NCBI GenBank assembly: GCA_963836205.1
Contig: CAWIIV010000008.1
Span: 1 to 64,000, forward strand
Length of the DNA stretch: 64,000 nt
Reading direction: 5' to 3'
Source of the DNA: an uncultured Acidimicrobiia bacterium
GTDB lineage: Bacteria; Actinomycetota; Acidimicrobiia; Acidimicrobiales; AC-14
Below, in pieces: positions 32,348-42,294 of this stretch. Position 1 is the stretch's first letter; the number at the start of each line of letters is the position of its first letter. The notes beneath the pieces were generated by a model. That model saw nothing but the letters and a program-made list of their open reading frames with translations. It was not told the DNA's origin and searched no databases. Position numbers and translations under genes: made by a program.

Positions 32348-33985
32348 CTACCCGGCGGCGGTGCCGGAGCGAAGGGCGCGATAGCGGCGGATGAGGGCGT
32401 TGGTGGAGCTGTCGTGGGCCAGCGGGGGCTCGTCGGCCGCGGTCAGCTCGGGCACGATGCGGTTGGCCAGGGCCTTGCCCAGCTCGACGCCCCACTGGTC
32501 GAAGGAGTTGACGTCCCAGATCACGCCCTGGGTGAACACCTTGTGCTCGTAGGTGGCGGTGAGCTGGCCCAGCACCCGGGGCGTGAGCCGGGGGGCAAGG
32601 ATGGTGTTGGTCGGGCGGTTGCCGGGGAAGGTGCGGTGGGGAACCAGCTCGGGCGCCACCCCCTCGGCCGCCACCTCCGCCGCCGTCTTGCCGAACGCCA
32701 GGGCTTCGGTCTGGGCCAGCAGGTTGGCCATGAGCAGGTCGTGGTGGTCGCCGAGGGGGTGGGCCGGACGGCCGAAGCCGATGAAGTCGGCCGGCACCAC
32801 CTTCGTCCCCTGGTGGAGCAGCTGGTAGAAGGCGTGCTGGCCGTTGGTGCCGGGTTGGCCCCACACGATCGGCCCTGTCTGCACCGTCACCGACCGGCCC
32901 TCGAGGTCGACCGACTTGCCGTTGCTCTCCATGTCGAGCTGCTGGAGGTACGACGGGAACCTGCCCAGGGCCTGGCTGTAGGGCAGCACGGCGTGAGTCT
33001 CGAACCCGAAGAAGTCGTCGTACCAGAGGCCGACGAGCCCGAGCAGGGCGGGAAGGTTGCGCTCGTACGGCGTGGTGCGGAAGTGCTCGTCGACCTCCCG
33101 GAACCCCGCCAGCAGGTCGTGGAAGGCGTCCGGCCCGATGGCCACCATGAGCGACAGCCCGATGGCCGACGGGTACGAGTAGCGCCCGCCGACCCAGTCC
33201 CAGAACTCGAACATGTTGGCCGGGTCGATCCCGAACTCGACCACCTTGGCCCGGTTCGTCGACACAGCCACGAAGTGGTTGGCCACCGCCGCCTCGTCGC
33301 CCAGGGCGTCGAGCAGCCACCGGCGGGCGGTGGTGGCGTTGGTGAGGGTCTCGACGGTGGTGAAGGTCTTGGAGCAGACGACGAACAGGGTCTCGGCCGG
33401 GTCGAGGTCGTGGGTGGCCTCCCAGACGTCGTCGCCGTCGACGTTGGAGACGAACCGGAACGTCATCGACCGGGGGCTGAAGTCCCTGAGCGCCTCGTAC
33501 GCCATCGCCGGACCGAGGTCGGAGCCGCCGATGCCGATGTTGACCACGTTGCGGATGGCCCGGCCGGTGAAGCCCCGCCACTCGGCGTCGCGCACCCGGC
33601 GGGCGAAGTCGGCCATCCGGTCGAGCACGGCGTGGACGAGGGGCACCACGTCGACCCCGTCGACCACGATCGAGGCGTCGCGGGGCGCCCGTAGGGCCAC
33701 GTGGAGGACGGGTCGGTCCTCGGTGAGGTTGATCCGCTTCCCGGCGAACATGTCCTCCGTGCGCTGGCGCAGCCCGGCCCGCTCGGCGAGGGCGACCAGC
33801 AGGCCCAACGTGTGCGAGGTGACCCGGTTCTTGGAGTAGTCGAGGTGGAGATCGCCGGCGTCGGCCACCATCGCCTCGCCCCGGCCGGGATCGGCCGCGA
33901 ACAGGTCCCGGAGATGGACGTCGGCCAGCTCGTGGTGGTGCTCCACCAGGGCCGCCCACTCCGGCGTTCGCGCGATCGGGGTCAT
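32348..33985 (-). CDS. pgi: Glucose-6-phosphate isomerase
   Basis: [47 protein letters not shown]. Confidence 0.97.
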   Translation of the reverse strand: MTPIARTPEWAALVEHHHELADVHLRDLFAADPGRGEAMVADAGDLHLDYSKNRVTSHTLGLLVALAERAGLRQRTEDMFAGKRINLTEDRPVLHVALRAPRDASIVVDGVDVVPLVHAVLDRMADFARRVRDAEWRGFTGRAIRNVVNIGIGGSDLGPAMAYEALRDFSPRSMTFRFVSNVDGDDVWEATHDLDPAETLFVVCSKTFTTVETLTNATTARRWLLDALGDEAAVANHFVAVSTNRAKVVEFGIDPANMFEFWDWVGGRYSYPSAIGLSLMVAIGPDAFHDLLAGFREVDEHFRTTPYERNLPALLGLVGLWYDDFFGFETHAVLPYSQALGRFPSYLQQLDMESNGKSVDLEGRSVTVQTGPIVWGQPGTNGQHAFYQLLHQGTKVVPADFIGFGRPAHPLGDHHDLLMANLLAQTEALAFGKTAAEVAAEGVAPELVPHRTFPGNRPTNTILAPRLTPRVLGQLTATYEHKVFTQGVIWDVNSFDQWGVELGKALANRIVPELTAADEPPLAHDSSTNALIRRYRALRSGTAAG

Positions 33986-34020
33986 ACGGGCATGGTCATA
34001 CGGGCGGCCATGATCGCGCA

Positions 34021-34048
34021 GAGAGGCCCCGGTCCCCCGGGGCCTCTC
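34021..34048 (-). terminator. Stem-loop (probable terminator of the DUF6458 gene)
   Basis: GAGAGGCCCCGG-TCCC-CCGGGGCCTCTC, 12-bp stem. Confidence 0.65.
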
Positions 34049-34068
34049 GTCGTGGATCTGGTTCGGAC

Positions 34069-34302
34069 TTAGATGACGTCGTCGTGGTAGACGCGGCGAC
34101 GGGGGCCGTAGTCCTCGACGACGGTCTCGGTGGTGCCGCCCCGGCGACCGAAGACGAGCATGGTCATGATCAGGCCGACGGCGCCGGCCACCATGAGGAT
34201 CACGCCGACCGTGGCCAGGTCGAGGCCCGAGACGGTCGCATTGACGGCGAAGGTCAGGATGGCCCCGACTGCGAACAGGAAAACGCTGACACCGATACCC
34301 AT
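34069..34302 (-). CDS. DUF6458-like small membrane protein
   Basis: [20 protein letters not shown]...[13 protein letters not shown]; AAGGAGG RBS. Confidence 0.8.
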   Translation of the reverse strand: MGIGVSVFLFAVGAILTFAVNATVSGLDLATVGVILMVAGAVGLIMTMLVFGRRGGTTETVVEDYGPRRRVYHDDVI

Positions 34303-34360
34303 GTGGGTCCTCCTTGGTTGATCGGCCCGCCGGACGGCGGGCACGGCTGGTAGATGGGGG

Positions 34361-34858
34361 TTAGTTCTCGAGGCCCTCGGCGGCCGCGGCCAGGCGGAAG
34401 GGCTCGATCTCCGTGCGCTGGCGCTCGCCCCGGGCGATCAGGCTCCGAAAGTCGACGCCGTCCAGCCCGCTCTCCTTGAGCTGGGCCAGCGCCTTCCAGA
34501 GCAGCACCTTGCCTTCGATGCCGATCGACAGGGTCTCCAGCTGCATCAGGCGGGTGGTGGCGGCGCTGCGGGTGACGCGCTCGTCGAAGCGGAGCCGGCT
34601 CAGGCGCTCGATCATCCAGCCGGCCGCCTGCTTGACGGGGCTGGCCTCGATGCCGAGGTCGGACGCGATCTGGTCGAGGGTGTTGCGGTCGTCCTCGATG
34701 TCGGTCGCCAGACGACCCATCAGCTCTCCCAGCGGCGAGCCTTCGTTCTCCGCCCGGATGCTCCCGACCAGCTCGATGGCGGCCTTGGAGCCGGCCAGAT
34801 GGTCGTTGACGTAGGCGGACAACGTGGACTGCAGCGTGGTGGTCGTTTGCGTTGACAT
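34361..34858 (-). CDS. Conserved hypothetical protein (ferritin-like helical bundle)
   Basis: YVNDHLAGS, LETLSIGIEGKVLLW. Confidence 0.7.
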   Translation of the reverse strand: MSTQTTTTLQSTLSAYVNDHLAGSKAAIELVGSIRAENEGSPLGELMGRLATDIEDDRNTLDQIASDLGIEASPVKQAAGWMIERLSRLRFDERVTRSAATTRLMQLETLSIGIEGKVLLWKALAQLKESGLDGVDFRSLIARGERQRTEIEPFRLAAAAEGLEN

Positions 34859-34901
34859 GCCCCCCTACGTACCCGTCGGGGACCGCCGGGAACCCCCCGT
34901 C

Positions 34902-35246
34902 TCAGGTCGCGGTGGGGTGACGGGGCTGGTAGAGCAGCATTTCGAGGCCGCCGGGGAGCACCATGGTGGCGGCCACGCCCCATCCCACCGACTGCGGCTC
35001 GCCCTTGAACTCGATGCCCTTGGCCCGCAGGTCGGCGATGGTGGCGTCGACGTCGTCGCACATCAGCGACAGCTCGTGACGGGTCGTGTCGGCCGGGTGG
35101 ACCCCCACCTCGGCCGGGGGGAGGGCGAAGATCAGCCACCCCTCGCCGGCGTCGACATGGCCCCACCCGAAGACGTCGCGGAGCACCGTCCGCAGCGCCT
35201 CCGCCTCGGGGGTGTAGAGCAGGACGTGGGCGCCGGTGATGGCCAT
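34902..35246 (-). CDS. VOC family protein
   Basis: AITGAHVLLYT, GWLIFALPPAEVGVHP, LYQPRHP. Confidence 0.85.
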   Translation of the reverse strand: MAITGAHVLLYTPEAEALRTVLRDVFGWGHVDAGEGWLIFALPPAEVGVHPADTTRHELSLMCDDVDATIADLRAKGIEFKGEPQSVGWGVAATMVLPGGLEMLLYQPRHPTAT

Positions 35247-35309
35247 CGGCCAATGGTAGGGCGGGGTCCCGGGCGGGTGGCCCCCCCCCGGCCGCGTAGG
35301 GTCGGGGAG

Positions 35310-36380
35310 ATGGAGCCGATCGAGGGGGTGGCGACGGCCACCGCCGGGTTTGTCGGGCGGGCGGCGACGGGGCCGGTGGGCGAGGCCCGCCTGGTCACCG
35401 GCTTCGTCGAGTTCGTCTCGCTCTTCGGCGACCTCGAGCCGTGCGCCGGCCGACCGGCGTACCTGGCCCACGCGGCCCGGGCCTTCTTCCTGAACGGCGG
35501 GCGGCGGCTGTATGTGTCCCGAGCCGGGGCTGACGACGGCTTGGCCGACGCGCTCGACGTCCTGGCCCGGGTCGACGAGATCGCCCTGGTGGCCGCCCCC
35601 GACGCCGCCACCCGGGGTACGGTCGAGGAGGGCGCGGCCGCGGCCGCCGAGTTGATCGCCCACGCCGAGGAGTCACAGCGCTTCGCCCTGGTCGACGCCC
35701 CTGCCGGCAGCTCGGTCGACGACGTCCGCCGGTTCCGGGCCCGGTTCGACTCCGGCCACGCCGCCCTCTACCACCCGTGGGTGATCGGCGAGGAGGCGCT
35801 GGGCGGCCTCACCCTGCCCCCGTCGGGGTTCGTCGCCGGCGTCTACGCCCGGGGGGACGAGGCGGGCGGCGTGCTCAAGCCCACGACGGGCGACGCGGTC
35901 GCGGCTGTGTCCGGCCTGGAATCGGTGGTCGACCCGGCCGAGCAGCGCGCGCTCAACCCGGAAGGGGTCAACGTGCTGCGGGCCTTCGAGGGGGAGGGCA
36001 TCCGGGTGTGGGGTGCCCGCACCATGAGCGCCGACCCCGAGTGGAAGTACATCAACGTCCGCCGCTACCTCATCTACCTCGAACGTTCCCTCGACCGGGG
36101 CACCCAGTGGGCCGTGTTCGAGCCCAACGGCGAGGAGCTGTGGGCCACCGTCCGGCGCACGGTCGAGGACTTCCTCGGGGCCCAGTGGCGGGTGGGCAGC
36201 CTCCAGGGCCGCCGGCCGGAGGACGCCTACTTCGTCCGGTGCGACCGCACCACCATGACCCAGGACGACCTCGACCGGGGCCGGGTGATCGTGAACGTGG
36301 GGGTGGCCCCGTTGCGGCCGGCCGAGTTCGTGATCTTCCGCATCGGCCAGTGGACGGCCGACGCCCCACCGCCGCCGTAG
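35310..36380 (+). CDS. Contractile phage-tail/eCIS sheath protein (orphan)
   Basis: IEGVATATAGFVG, PPSGFVAGVYAR, LNPEGVN, VWGART, WKYINVRR, WAVFEPN, VGVAPLRPAEFVIFRI. Confidence 0.92.
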   Translation: MEPIEGVATATAGFVGRAATGPVGEARLVTGFVEFVSLFGDLEPCAGRPAYLAHAARAFFLNGGRRLYVSRAGADDGLADALDVLARVDEIALVAAPDAATRGTVEEGAAAAAELIAHAEESQRFALVDAPAGSSVDDVRRFRARFDSGHAALYHPWVIGEEALGGLTLPPSGFVAGVYARGDEAGGVLKPTTGDAVAAVSGLESVVDPAEQRALNPEGVNVLRAFEGEGIRVWGARTMSADPEWKYINVRRYLIYLERSLDRGTQWAVFEPNGEELWATVRRTVEDFLGAQWRVGSLQGRRPEDAYFVRCDRTTMTQDDLDRGRVIVNVGVAPLRPAEFVIFRIGQWTADAPPPP

Positions 36381-36444
36381 CCGGCTCGCCCCCCGCCCGC
36401 GCATCGCCCGCCCGGGGTACCCCTGCGGGTGTAGGCGGGCGTGT

Positions 36445-37977
36445 CTACGTCCCGCCGTCCCTGGCTTCGGACCCGCCCCGCAGCATGGCTCGCACGGTGA
36501 CGATGGTGTCGGCGTCGGCCGGGTCCTTGTCGTCCCGGTAGCGGCGGACCCGTGCGAAGCGGAGGGCCACTCCCCCGGCGTAGCGGGTCGACGCCTGGAC
36601 CCCGTCGAGGGCGATCTCCACCACGAGGGGCGGGTCGATGTCGACCACGTGCCCTCGCCGGCCCGACTCCCGGGCCAGGAACTGCGCCGTCTGCCACTCG
36701 AGGACGGCGTCGGTGAGGCCCTTGAACGTCTTGCCCACCATCACGAACCCGCCCTTCGGGTCGCGGGCGCCCAGGTGGAGGTTCGACAGCCATCCCCGGC
36801 GGCGGCCGGTCCCCCACTCGGCAGCCAGGACGACGAGGTCGAGGGTGTGCACCGGCTTCACCTTCCGCCACGCCGCCCCCCGCCGGCCGGCCTCGTAGGG
36901 CGATCCCACCGCTTTCACCATCACCCCCTCGTGACCGGCGGCCAGGGCGCCCGCCTGGAAGTCGAGGGCGGCGTCGAGATCGTCGGTGGCCAGGACCGGC
37001 ACCCGGGGGGCGTCGATCCGATCGAGGGCGGCCGAGCGCTCGTGCAGGGGCCGGTCGAGGAGGTCGACGCCGTCGAGGTGGAGGCAGTCGAAGAACCACA
37101 CGCCGAGCGAGGCTCGTCCCGGTGGCCCCGTCCGCCGGCCGAAGCTGCTCATCGTCTCCTGGAAGGCCTCCGGGCCCTCGTCGCTCACGCCCAGGATCTC
37201 CCCGTCGAGCACGACCTGGTCGACGGGGAGCTCCCGCAGGAGGTGGACGACGGCGGGCAGGCGGTCGGTGACGTCGTTCAGGTTGCGGGTGTACAGGCGG
37301 ACCTCGTCGCCCCGGCGATGGGCCTGGACGCGGGCGCCGTCGAGCTTCCACTCGATCTGGGACGGGCCGAGCTCGGCCAGGGCGGAGGCGACGTCAGGCG
37401 AGGTCGAGGCGAGCATGGGGAGCACCGGGCGGAGCATGTCGAGGCCGATGGCGGACAGGCCGGGCTCGCCTTCGGTGAGGGCGACGACCGCCACCCGGGC
37501 CAGGTCGCCGGCGAGCATGGCCGCCCGCCTGATGGTGGCGAGGGGGACACCGGCGGCCTGGGCCACGGCGTCGGTCATCACCCCCTCGAGGGCGCCCTGG
37601 CGCAGGTCGCCGATGAGGAGCCGGCGGACGAAGTCGGCCTCGGCGGCGGTGGCCCGGCCGAACAGGTCGCCCAGCAAACCCAGCCGGCGGCCGCCGGAGC
37701 CCTCACCGACCAATGCCTGCAACTCGGTGATGGCCCGGTCGAGCTCGAGGATCTCGATCGACGGTTCACCGGCCGGGGGCGGGTCGACGGCCCCCAGGGT
37801 GGCCCAGCCGATGCCGATCTTGCCCTGCCGGGGGCGGCCGACGAGGAAGGCGACGGCCGGCTCCACCTCCTCCGGCCCCAGCCGCCGGAGGAGGTCGGCC
37901 AGGCTCACGACCTTGGCCGACCGAGCCCGGGTGGAGCCAACCGCCTCCGACGTCCGCACCACCTCGGCCAGCAGCAC
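36445..37977 (-). CDS. ligB: ATP-dependent DNA ligase (LigB type)
   Basis: EWKLDGARVQAH adenylation motif, VLDGE, EGVMVK, WRKVK, GKTFKGLTD, ALRFARV. Confidence 0.92.
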   Translation of the reverse strand: MLLAEVVRTSEAVGSTRARSAKVVSLADLLRRLGPEEVEPAVAFLVGRPRQGKIGIGWATLGAVDPPPAGEPSIEILELDRAITELQALVGEGSGGRRLGLLGDLFGRATAAEADFVRRLLIGDLRQGALEGVMTDAVAQAAGVPLATIRRAAMLAGDLARVAVVALTEGEPGLSAIGLDMLRPVLPMLASTSPDVASALAELGPSQIEWKLDGARVQAHRRGDEVRLYTRNLNDVTDRLPAVVHLLRELPVDQVVLDGEILGVSDEGPEAFQETMSSFGRRTGPPGRASLGVWFFDCLHLDGVDLLDRPLHERSAALDRIDAPRVPVLATDDLDAALDFQAGALAAGHEGVMVKAVGSPYEAGRRGAAWRKVKPVHTLDLVVLAAEWGTGRRRGWLSNLHLGARDPKGGFVMVGKTFKGLTDAVLEWQTAQFLARESGRRGHVVDIDPPLVVEIALDGVQASTRYAGGVALRFARVRRYRDDKDPADADTIVTVRAMLRGGSEARDGGT

Positions 37978-37993
37978 CCGGCCACGGTACGGG

Positions 37994-38790
37994 CTACACG
38001 CCGGTCACGGCGTCGTCGCCGGCGGGCGGGTCCTGACCGGCCAGCCGCTGCTCGATCGCTTCCAGGCGCCTTAGCACCTCGTCCAGGCGCTCGGCCACGG
38101 GGTCGGCGTCTGCTCCTGCTCGTCCTCCTGGTCCTGCTCGACGAAGAAGGCGGCGATGTTGGCGGTCAGGATGCCGAACAGGGTGATGCCGGTGGCCATG
38201 AGGAGGGCGGCGATCCCTTTCCCGGCCGGCGTGACGGGGAAGGTGTCGCCGTAGCCGACGGTCGTCACCGTGGTGATCGCCCACCACAGCGCATCCCCGA
38301 ACGTGCCGATGTTCCCCCCGGCCCCGTCCTCGACCGCCAGCATCAGGGCGGCGGCGCCGACCACCGCCACGAGAGTGATGAGCAGGGCGTAATGGAGCTT
38401 GTGGCGCACCAGGAGGCGACGGCCCTGCTGTCCCGCCTCGCTCAGCACAGTCACCAACCGGGTGAGCCGCAGCAGGCGGACCGCCCGTGCCGACCGGACG
38501 ACCCGCAGGGGCCGGAGCAGTGGCAGGAGGATGATCAGGAGGTCGGGCCACTCCCGCCGGACGAAACGCCAACGCTGGTCCGTGAGCGCGAGCCGGACGA
38601 CGTATTCGAAGGCGAAGGCGGCCCAGATGAACCAGTCGGCGGCGAGGAACGACGACTGCACCCCGGACGGCAGGTCCACCACGAGGGGCAGGACCAGGAG
38701 CGGCACCATGAGCAGGGCGAGGATGAGAAGCGGCAGCTCGACCGCCCGCTCGAACCGTTCCAGGGCGGCGTGACGTTCCTCGGGCTCCAC
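37994..38790 (-). CDS. Voltage-gated-type potassium channel (frameshift near 38115 in the C-terminal tail)
   Basis: S4-like LRPLRVVRSARAVRLLRL, selectivity filter TVTTVGYGD; the coiled-coil tail VAERLDEVLRRLEAIEQRL is in another frame. Confidence 0.88.
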
Positions 38791-38929
38791 GCCGACGATG
38801 ATGGCCGTTCGGTGTGCCCGACGCCCACCCGCCGCCGACCGGTCGAGGCCGATCGGGTACAGGGTGAGGCGGTGACCCGCACCCATCACGACCTTGGCCG
38901 TGAGCTTCCGCCAACCGCGCGACCAGGCG

Positions 38930-39246
38930 TCGGAGGGCTTGGCGAAGCCCACCAGGCCGGCCACGACCGCACCCTCATCGGCGCCGGGAGGGATCGCCGC
39001 TCCACCTGGATCGATCTGCTCTGCAACGACTCCCGCGGCTTCGAGGCGTACTACGCGGCCGCCGAAGAGGCGATGAAGGACATCGGCGCCCGGCCCCACC
39101 TGGGCAAGGACTGCCGAGACCACGGCAAGGACGACCTCATGCAGGTCCACGGCGAGCCCTTCGCCCACTTCCTCCGCATGAGGGAGGAACACGATCCCGC
39201 GGACCGGTTCGTCAACGAGTTCACGGCGAGGCTCTTCCAGGACTGA
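38930..39246 (+). pseudogene. C-terminal remnant of an FAD-linked (ALO-type) oxidase
   Basis: IGARPHLGK...DPADRFVNEF; no N-terminal FAD-binding domain or start codon. Confidence 0.6.
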
Positions 39247-39552
39247 GGCCCGCCGGCCTCGCCGCGGAGGCGTCCAGCCCGGTCGGTCGAGGCCGGGGCC
39301 GTGGCCGAGGCGGGCTCCGGGCGGGGCCGGGCGCCTCCCACGCATTCGAGGTCGGCCTTCTCCTGGGCGGTGTGAGCGTCGATCGTGGCCGCTCTCCACT
39401 GCGGCGCGGGCCTCGAGCGCCTCGAGGGGGCTCAACCCCGAGGCAGAGCAGGCCGGGGAGCGGCCGATCGAGCGCCTCGCGAGGACCGGGCGCGTCGGCC
39501 GCCCTTTCGCCGCCAAGGGGTGGAGGCGGCCGCCGCGGCAGTCTGAGTCCGC

Positions 39553-41460
39553 TCAGTAGCTGAACGTGAAGTCGTAGCAGTAATCAACGGATGGGGACTC
39601 GATGTCGGTCGCCTGGTCTTTGACGTTCAGCTCGGTGCCCGAATAGCGCAGAATGTCGTAGTACACGTTGCCGGGTGCCAGCGGTTCGAAGAAGAACGAC
39701 TGGTTCTCCCCGTTCTCGGCCAGGATCCGACCCGCTCGCTTGGCGTCCTCGCAGGAGGTGAGTGGCGGCTCAAAGGTCCAGATCGTGAGCCGAAGCCGGT
39801 AGGGCATTGCCTCGCCGAGGCCATTGCGTATGAGCACCTGCACCGAAAGGTCCTTCGGCAGCCTGCCCGCGTTCTCGACCGTCGTGGCCGCGCTGTCTAT
39901 CCGATCCATGCGGACGACGACCATGTCGAGCTCGTCGGGGCTGAAGTCGAGGCGGTTGGCGAGGTGCTGCAGGACGTTACGCTCCCTCGCGTCGAACGCA
40001 CTCGGGTCCTTCAGGGCCAGGGGTCGCTCCACGGGCACCTGCGCGTCCCCCGTGATGTCGTCCAACTCCTGCTGGGTGATCGTGGCGCTGGCGCCGGCTA
40101 CCGTCCCCTGGTCGCGCCTCGTAGGGGTTTCGTCGTCGAAGGGAATCACCAGCGCGCCGGCGGCCGTGGCCACGACCAGCCCGCCGCCCACGAGCGCGGC
40201 CTGGACCGGGTGTGCCAGGAGGCGGGCGATCAGTCCGGTCCGCGGTCGGCGCACCGGCGCTTGTGGGAGGTATGGCCGCGGCTCGGCCGCCGGCAGTCGG
40301 ACGTAATCCCGCACCGGCTCGGTCGCACCGAAGGACCCGTTTCCTCGCCATCCCGGCACCGAGGCGACGTGGTCGACCGTCTCCGGGACAGAGAGCGGCG
40401 CCGCCGATGTCCCCTCCTCCTGCATGTGGCGCGCCGACTCCCGGATCCGGTCGAAGATCGACTCCCCACTCGTCGGCGACTCCCTGGTCCCGGTCCCGTT
40501 GCCGTCGATGGGGATCCGGTCGGGTGCGCGCTGCGGCGGCGCCTCGGGAGCCGGCGACGGCTCTGTCGGGCGACGGGGCGGCTTGAGCTTGATCTCCTTG
40601 ATGGAAGGCCCTTCCCGGCGCCCACTGCGGGCCACGATCAACCTCGACCCCAAGCCACGATCGAGCACTCGAGCGGTCTCATTGGGCGCCACTGCCCCGA
40701 CACCCTTGGCCAGGTAGGCGAACAGCTCGGCCCCGTCGACGTAGCCGTTGCCGTCGCCGTCTGCCTCGCCGTCACGAAGGCCGCGGTTGAGGATGGCCGC
40801 AAGGTCGGGGGCGTTCGCCGATGGGCCGTCCCGCAATACCTCCGGTGCGCTGATCATGGCCCGGCCCGTGCCCGGTAGGAGGCTGTCGAGGTCGAGCCAG
40901 GCACCCGGGCGAAGGCCGCCATCGTCGAACGACGCGGTGTAGGGACAGTCGAGGATGACGACGACCCGGTCTGTTCCGCACCTCCGGATCTGGTCCAGCA
41001 GGAACGCGGCCGGGACCGAGGCCGACTGAGGCGACGCGAGCGACGTGTCGGTCGTCGCGAAGTACAGCTCACCCCCTTGGTGGATCGCCACGCAGGACAC
41101 GTACAGCAGCAGGTAGTCGCTCGATCGACGATCGGCGAAAAAGCGTTCGATCTCGTCCATGGCGACCCGGGCCGTTTGATCGGCCACGGGCGGGGGCTCG
41201 TCGTAGTTGCCGATGTCAGGGTCGAAGAGGGGGTCGACGAGGGACGACACCCGTCCGGCCGGCCGGGCCAGGGCTTGGAGCGTGTGGTCGTCGTAGACGC
41301 TGGTGGTCACGATGAGCGCCGACCGGCGTGCACGCATTGCCAGCCCGGCGGCCATGGACGGCAGCGGTGTATCGCCCGTCACCGCCGCCCGCGCGCCTTC
41401 GACTTTCGTCGACAATCGTCCGCCACCAAAGCCAAAAGTGGTGTTCGGGAACTCCGCCAT
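39553..41460 (-). CDS. Caspase-like (peptidase C14) domain membrane protein, probably catalytically inactive
   Basis: RSALIV, FFADRRSSDYLLLYVSCVA, LYFATTDT, VVVILDCPY, EADGDGNGYVDGAELFAY; TM helix; GGAGG RBS. Confidence 0.8.
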   Translation of the reverse strand: MAEFPNTTFGFGGGRLSTKVEGARAAVTGDTPLPSMAAGLAMRARRSALIVTTSVYDDHTLQALARPAGRVSSLVDPLFDPDIGNYDEPPPVADQTARVAMDEIERFFADRRSSDYLLLYVSCVAIHQGGELYFATTDTSLASPQSASVPAAFLLDQIRRCGTDRVVVILDCPYTASFDDGGLRPGAWLDLDSLLPGTGRAMISAPEVLRDGPSANAPDLAAILNRGLRDGEADGDGNGYVDGAELFAYLAKGVGAVAPNETARVLDRGLGSRLIVARSGRREGPSIKEIKLKPPRRPTEPSPAPEAPPQRAPDRIPIDGNGTGTRESPTSGESIFDRIRESARHMQEEGTSAAPLSVPETVDHVASVPGWRGNGSFGATEPVRDYVRLPAAEPRPYLPQAPVRRPRTGLIARLLAHPVQAALVGGGLVVATAAGALVIPFDDETPTRRDQGTVAGASATITQQELDDITGDAQVPVERPLALKDPSAFDARERNVLQHLANRLDFSPDELDMVVVRMDRIDSAATTVENAGRLPKDLSVQVLIRNGLGEAMPYRLRLTIWTFEPPLTSCEDAKRAGRILAENGENQSFFFEPLAPGNVYYDILRYSGTELNVKDQATDIESPSVDYCYDFTFSY

Positions 41461-41716
41461 TCGTGTTCCTCCCGCCGTTCGAGGTAACGATCCCGTCCGC
41501 ATCCTACGCTCGCGGATGGCCGTCGGCTAGGGCTTCCTTTGTACTTCCCGGTCCCCCCACTGAGGGGGGGCACGGTGATGAATCCTCTGGCTCCTTCCAC
41601 AGAACTGGAGACCACCACCCTGACCCTTTGGCGGGATCGTCTACGGCGCGGCGGTGGGCGACCTCGTGCCCGAGGCGGTCGATCGTCCGCCGGCGGGGAC
41701 TGTCACGGTCCCGGAG

Positions 41717-42205
41717 TCACGCTCGTCCGCTGTCAGCCGGCGGCGGCCGCTCCTTGATCCCGTCCCGGCACAGACGGACGACCTCGGCGACGCGCGCCGC
41801 CCGAACGTCGGGACGGCGCTTGGTGGCGTCGATCCAGCGCAGGTACGCCCTCCGGTAGAACTGGGCCAGGGAGTCGAAGAAGGCGGCTGCCTCGGGGTCG
41901 TCCTCCAGGGCTGCGGCGACGTCGGGGGCGAGGTCCTCACGCTGCGGACCTTCGGGCGCCAGCACCACCGTCACCGTGTCACCGGCGGCGACGCCGCGAT
42001 CCCGCCACCACGCGGGGCCCATCCGGATGGCCCAGCCGTCGTGGATCTTCTCCACCACTGCCCGCACGTCCATGCCCTCGACCGCCCCCGACACGTGGTG
42101 GACCGGCTTGGGCCCCCATGCCTCGTCCGGGTTGAACGGGACGGGAATGACGACCCGGCTGCCAACGGCGGCCACCACCGCGGTGAATGTCCGGGACCGA
42201 TCCAC
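41717..42205 (-). CDS. YdeI/OmpD-associated (DUF1905 + OmdA) protein
   Basis: VIPVPFNPDEAWG, LAPDVAAALE, FFDSLAQFYRRAYLRWIDATKRRP. Confidence 0.82.
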   Translation of the reverse strand: MDRSRTFTAVVAAVGSRVVIPVPFNPDEAWGPKPVHHVSGAVEGMDVRAVVEKIHDGWAIRMGPAWWRDRGVAAGDTVTVVLAPEGPQREDLAPDVAAALEDDPEAAAFFDSLAQFYRRAYLRWIDATKRRPDVRAARVAEVVRLCRDGIKERPPPADSGRA

Positions 42206-42294
42206 CGCGGCAATCGTCGCGCGCACGTCGCCAGCTCGCGGGCACCGTTCTTGGAGCCGGCCGACTTCGCCCACGCCGGACCGCCGGACGCCGG

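Noticed and set aside
35310-37977. Prophage (sheath plus ATP-dependent ligase)
   Set aside because: The ligase is the ordinary actinobacterial LigB type on the opposite strand; no capsid, terminase, portal or integrase
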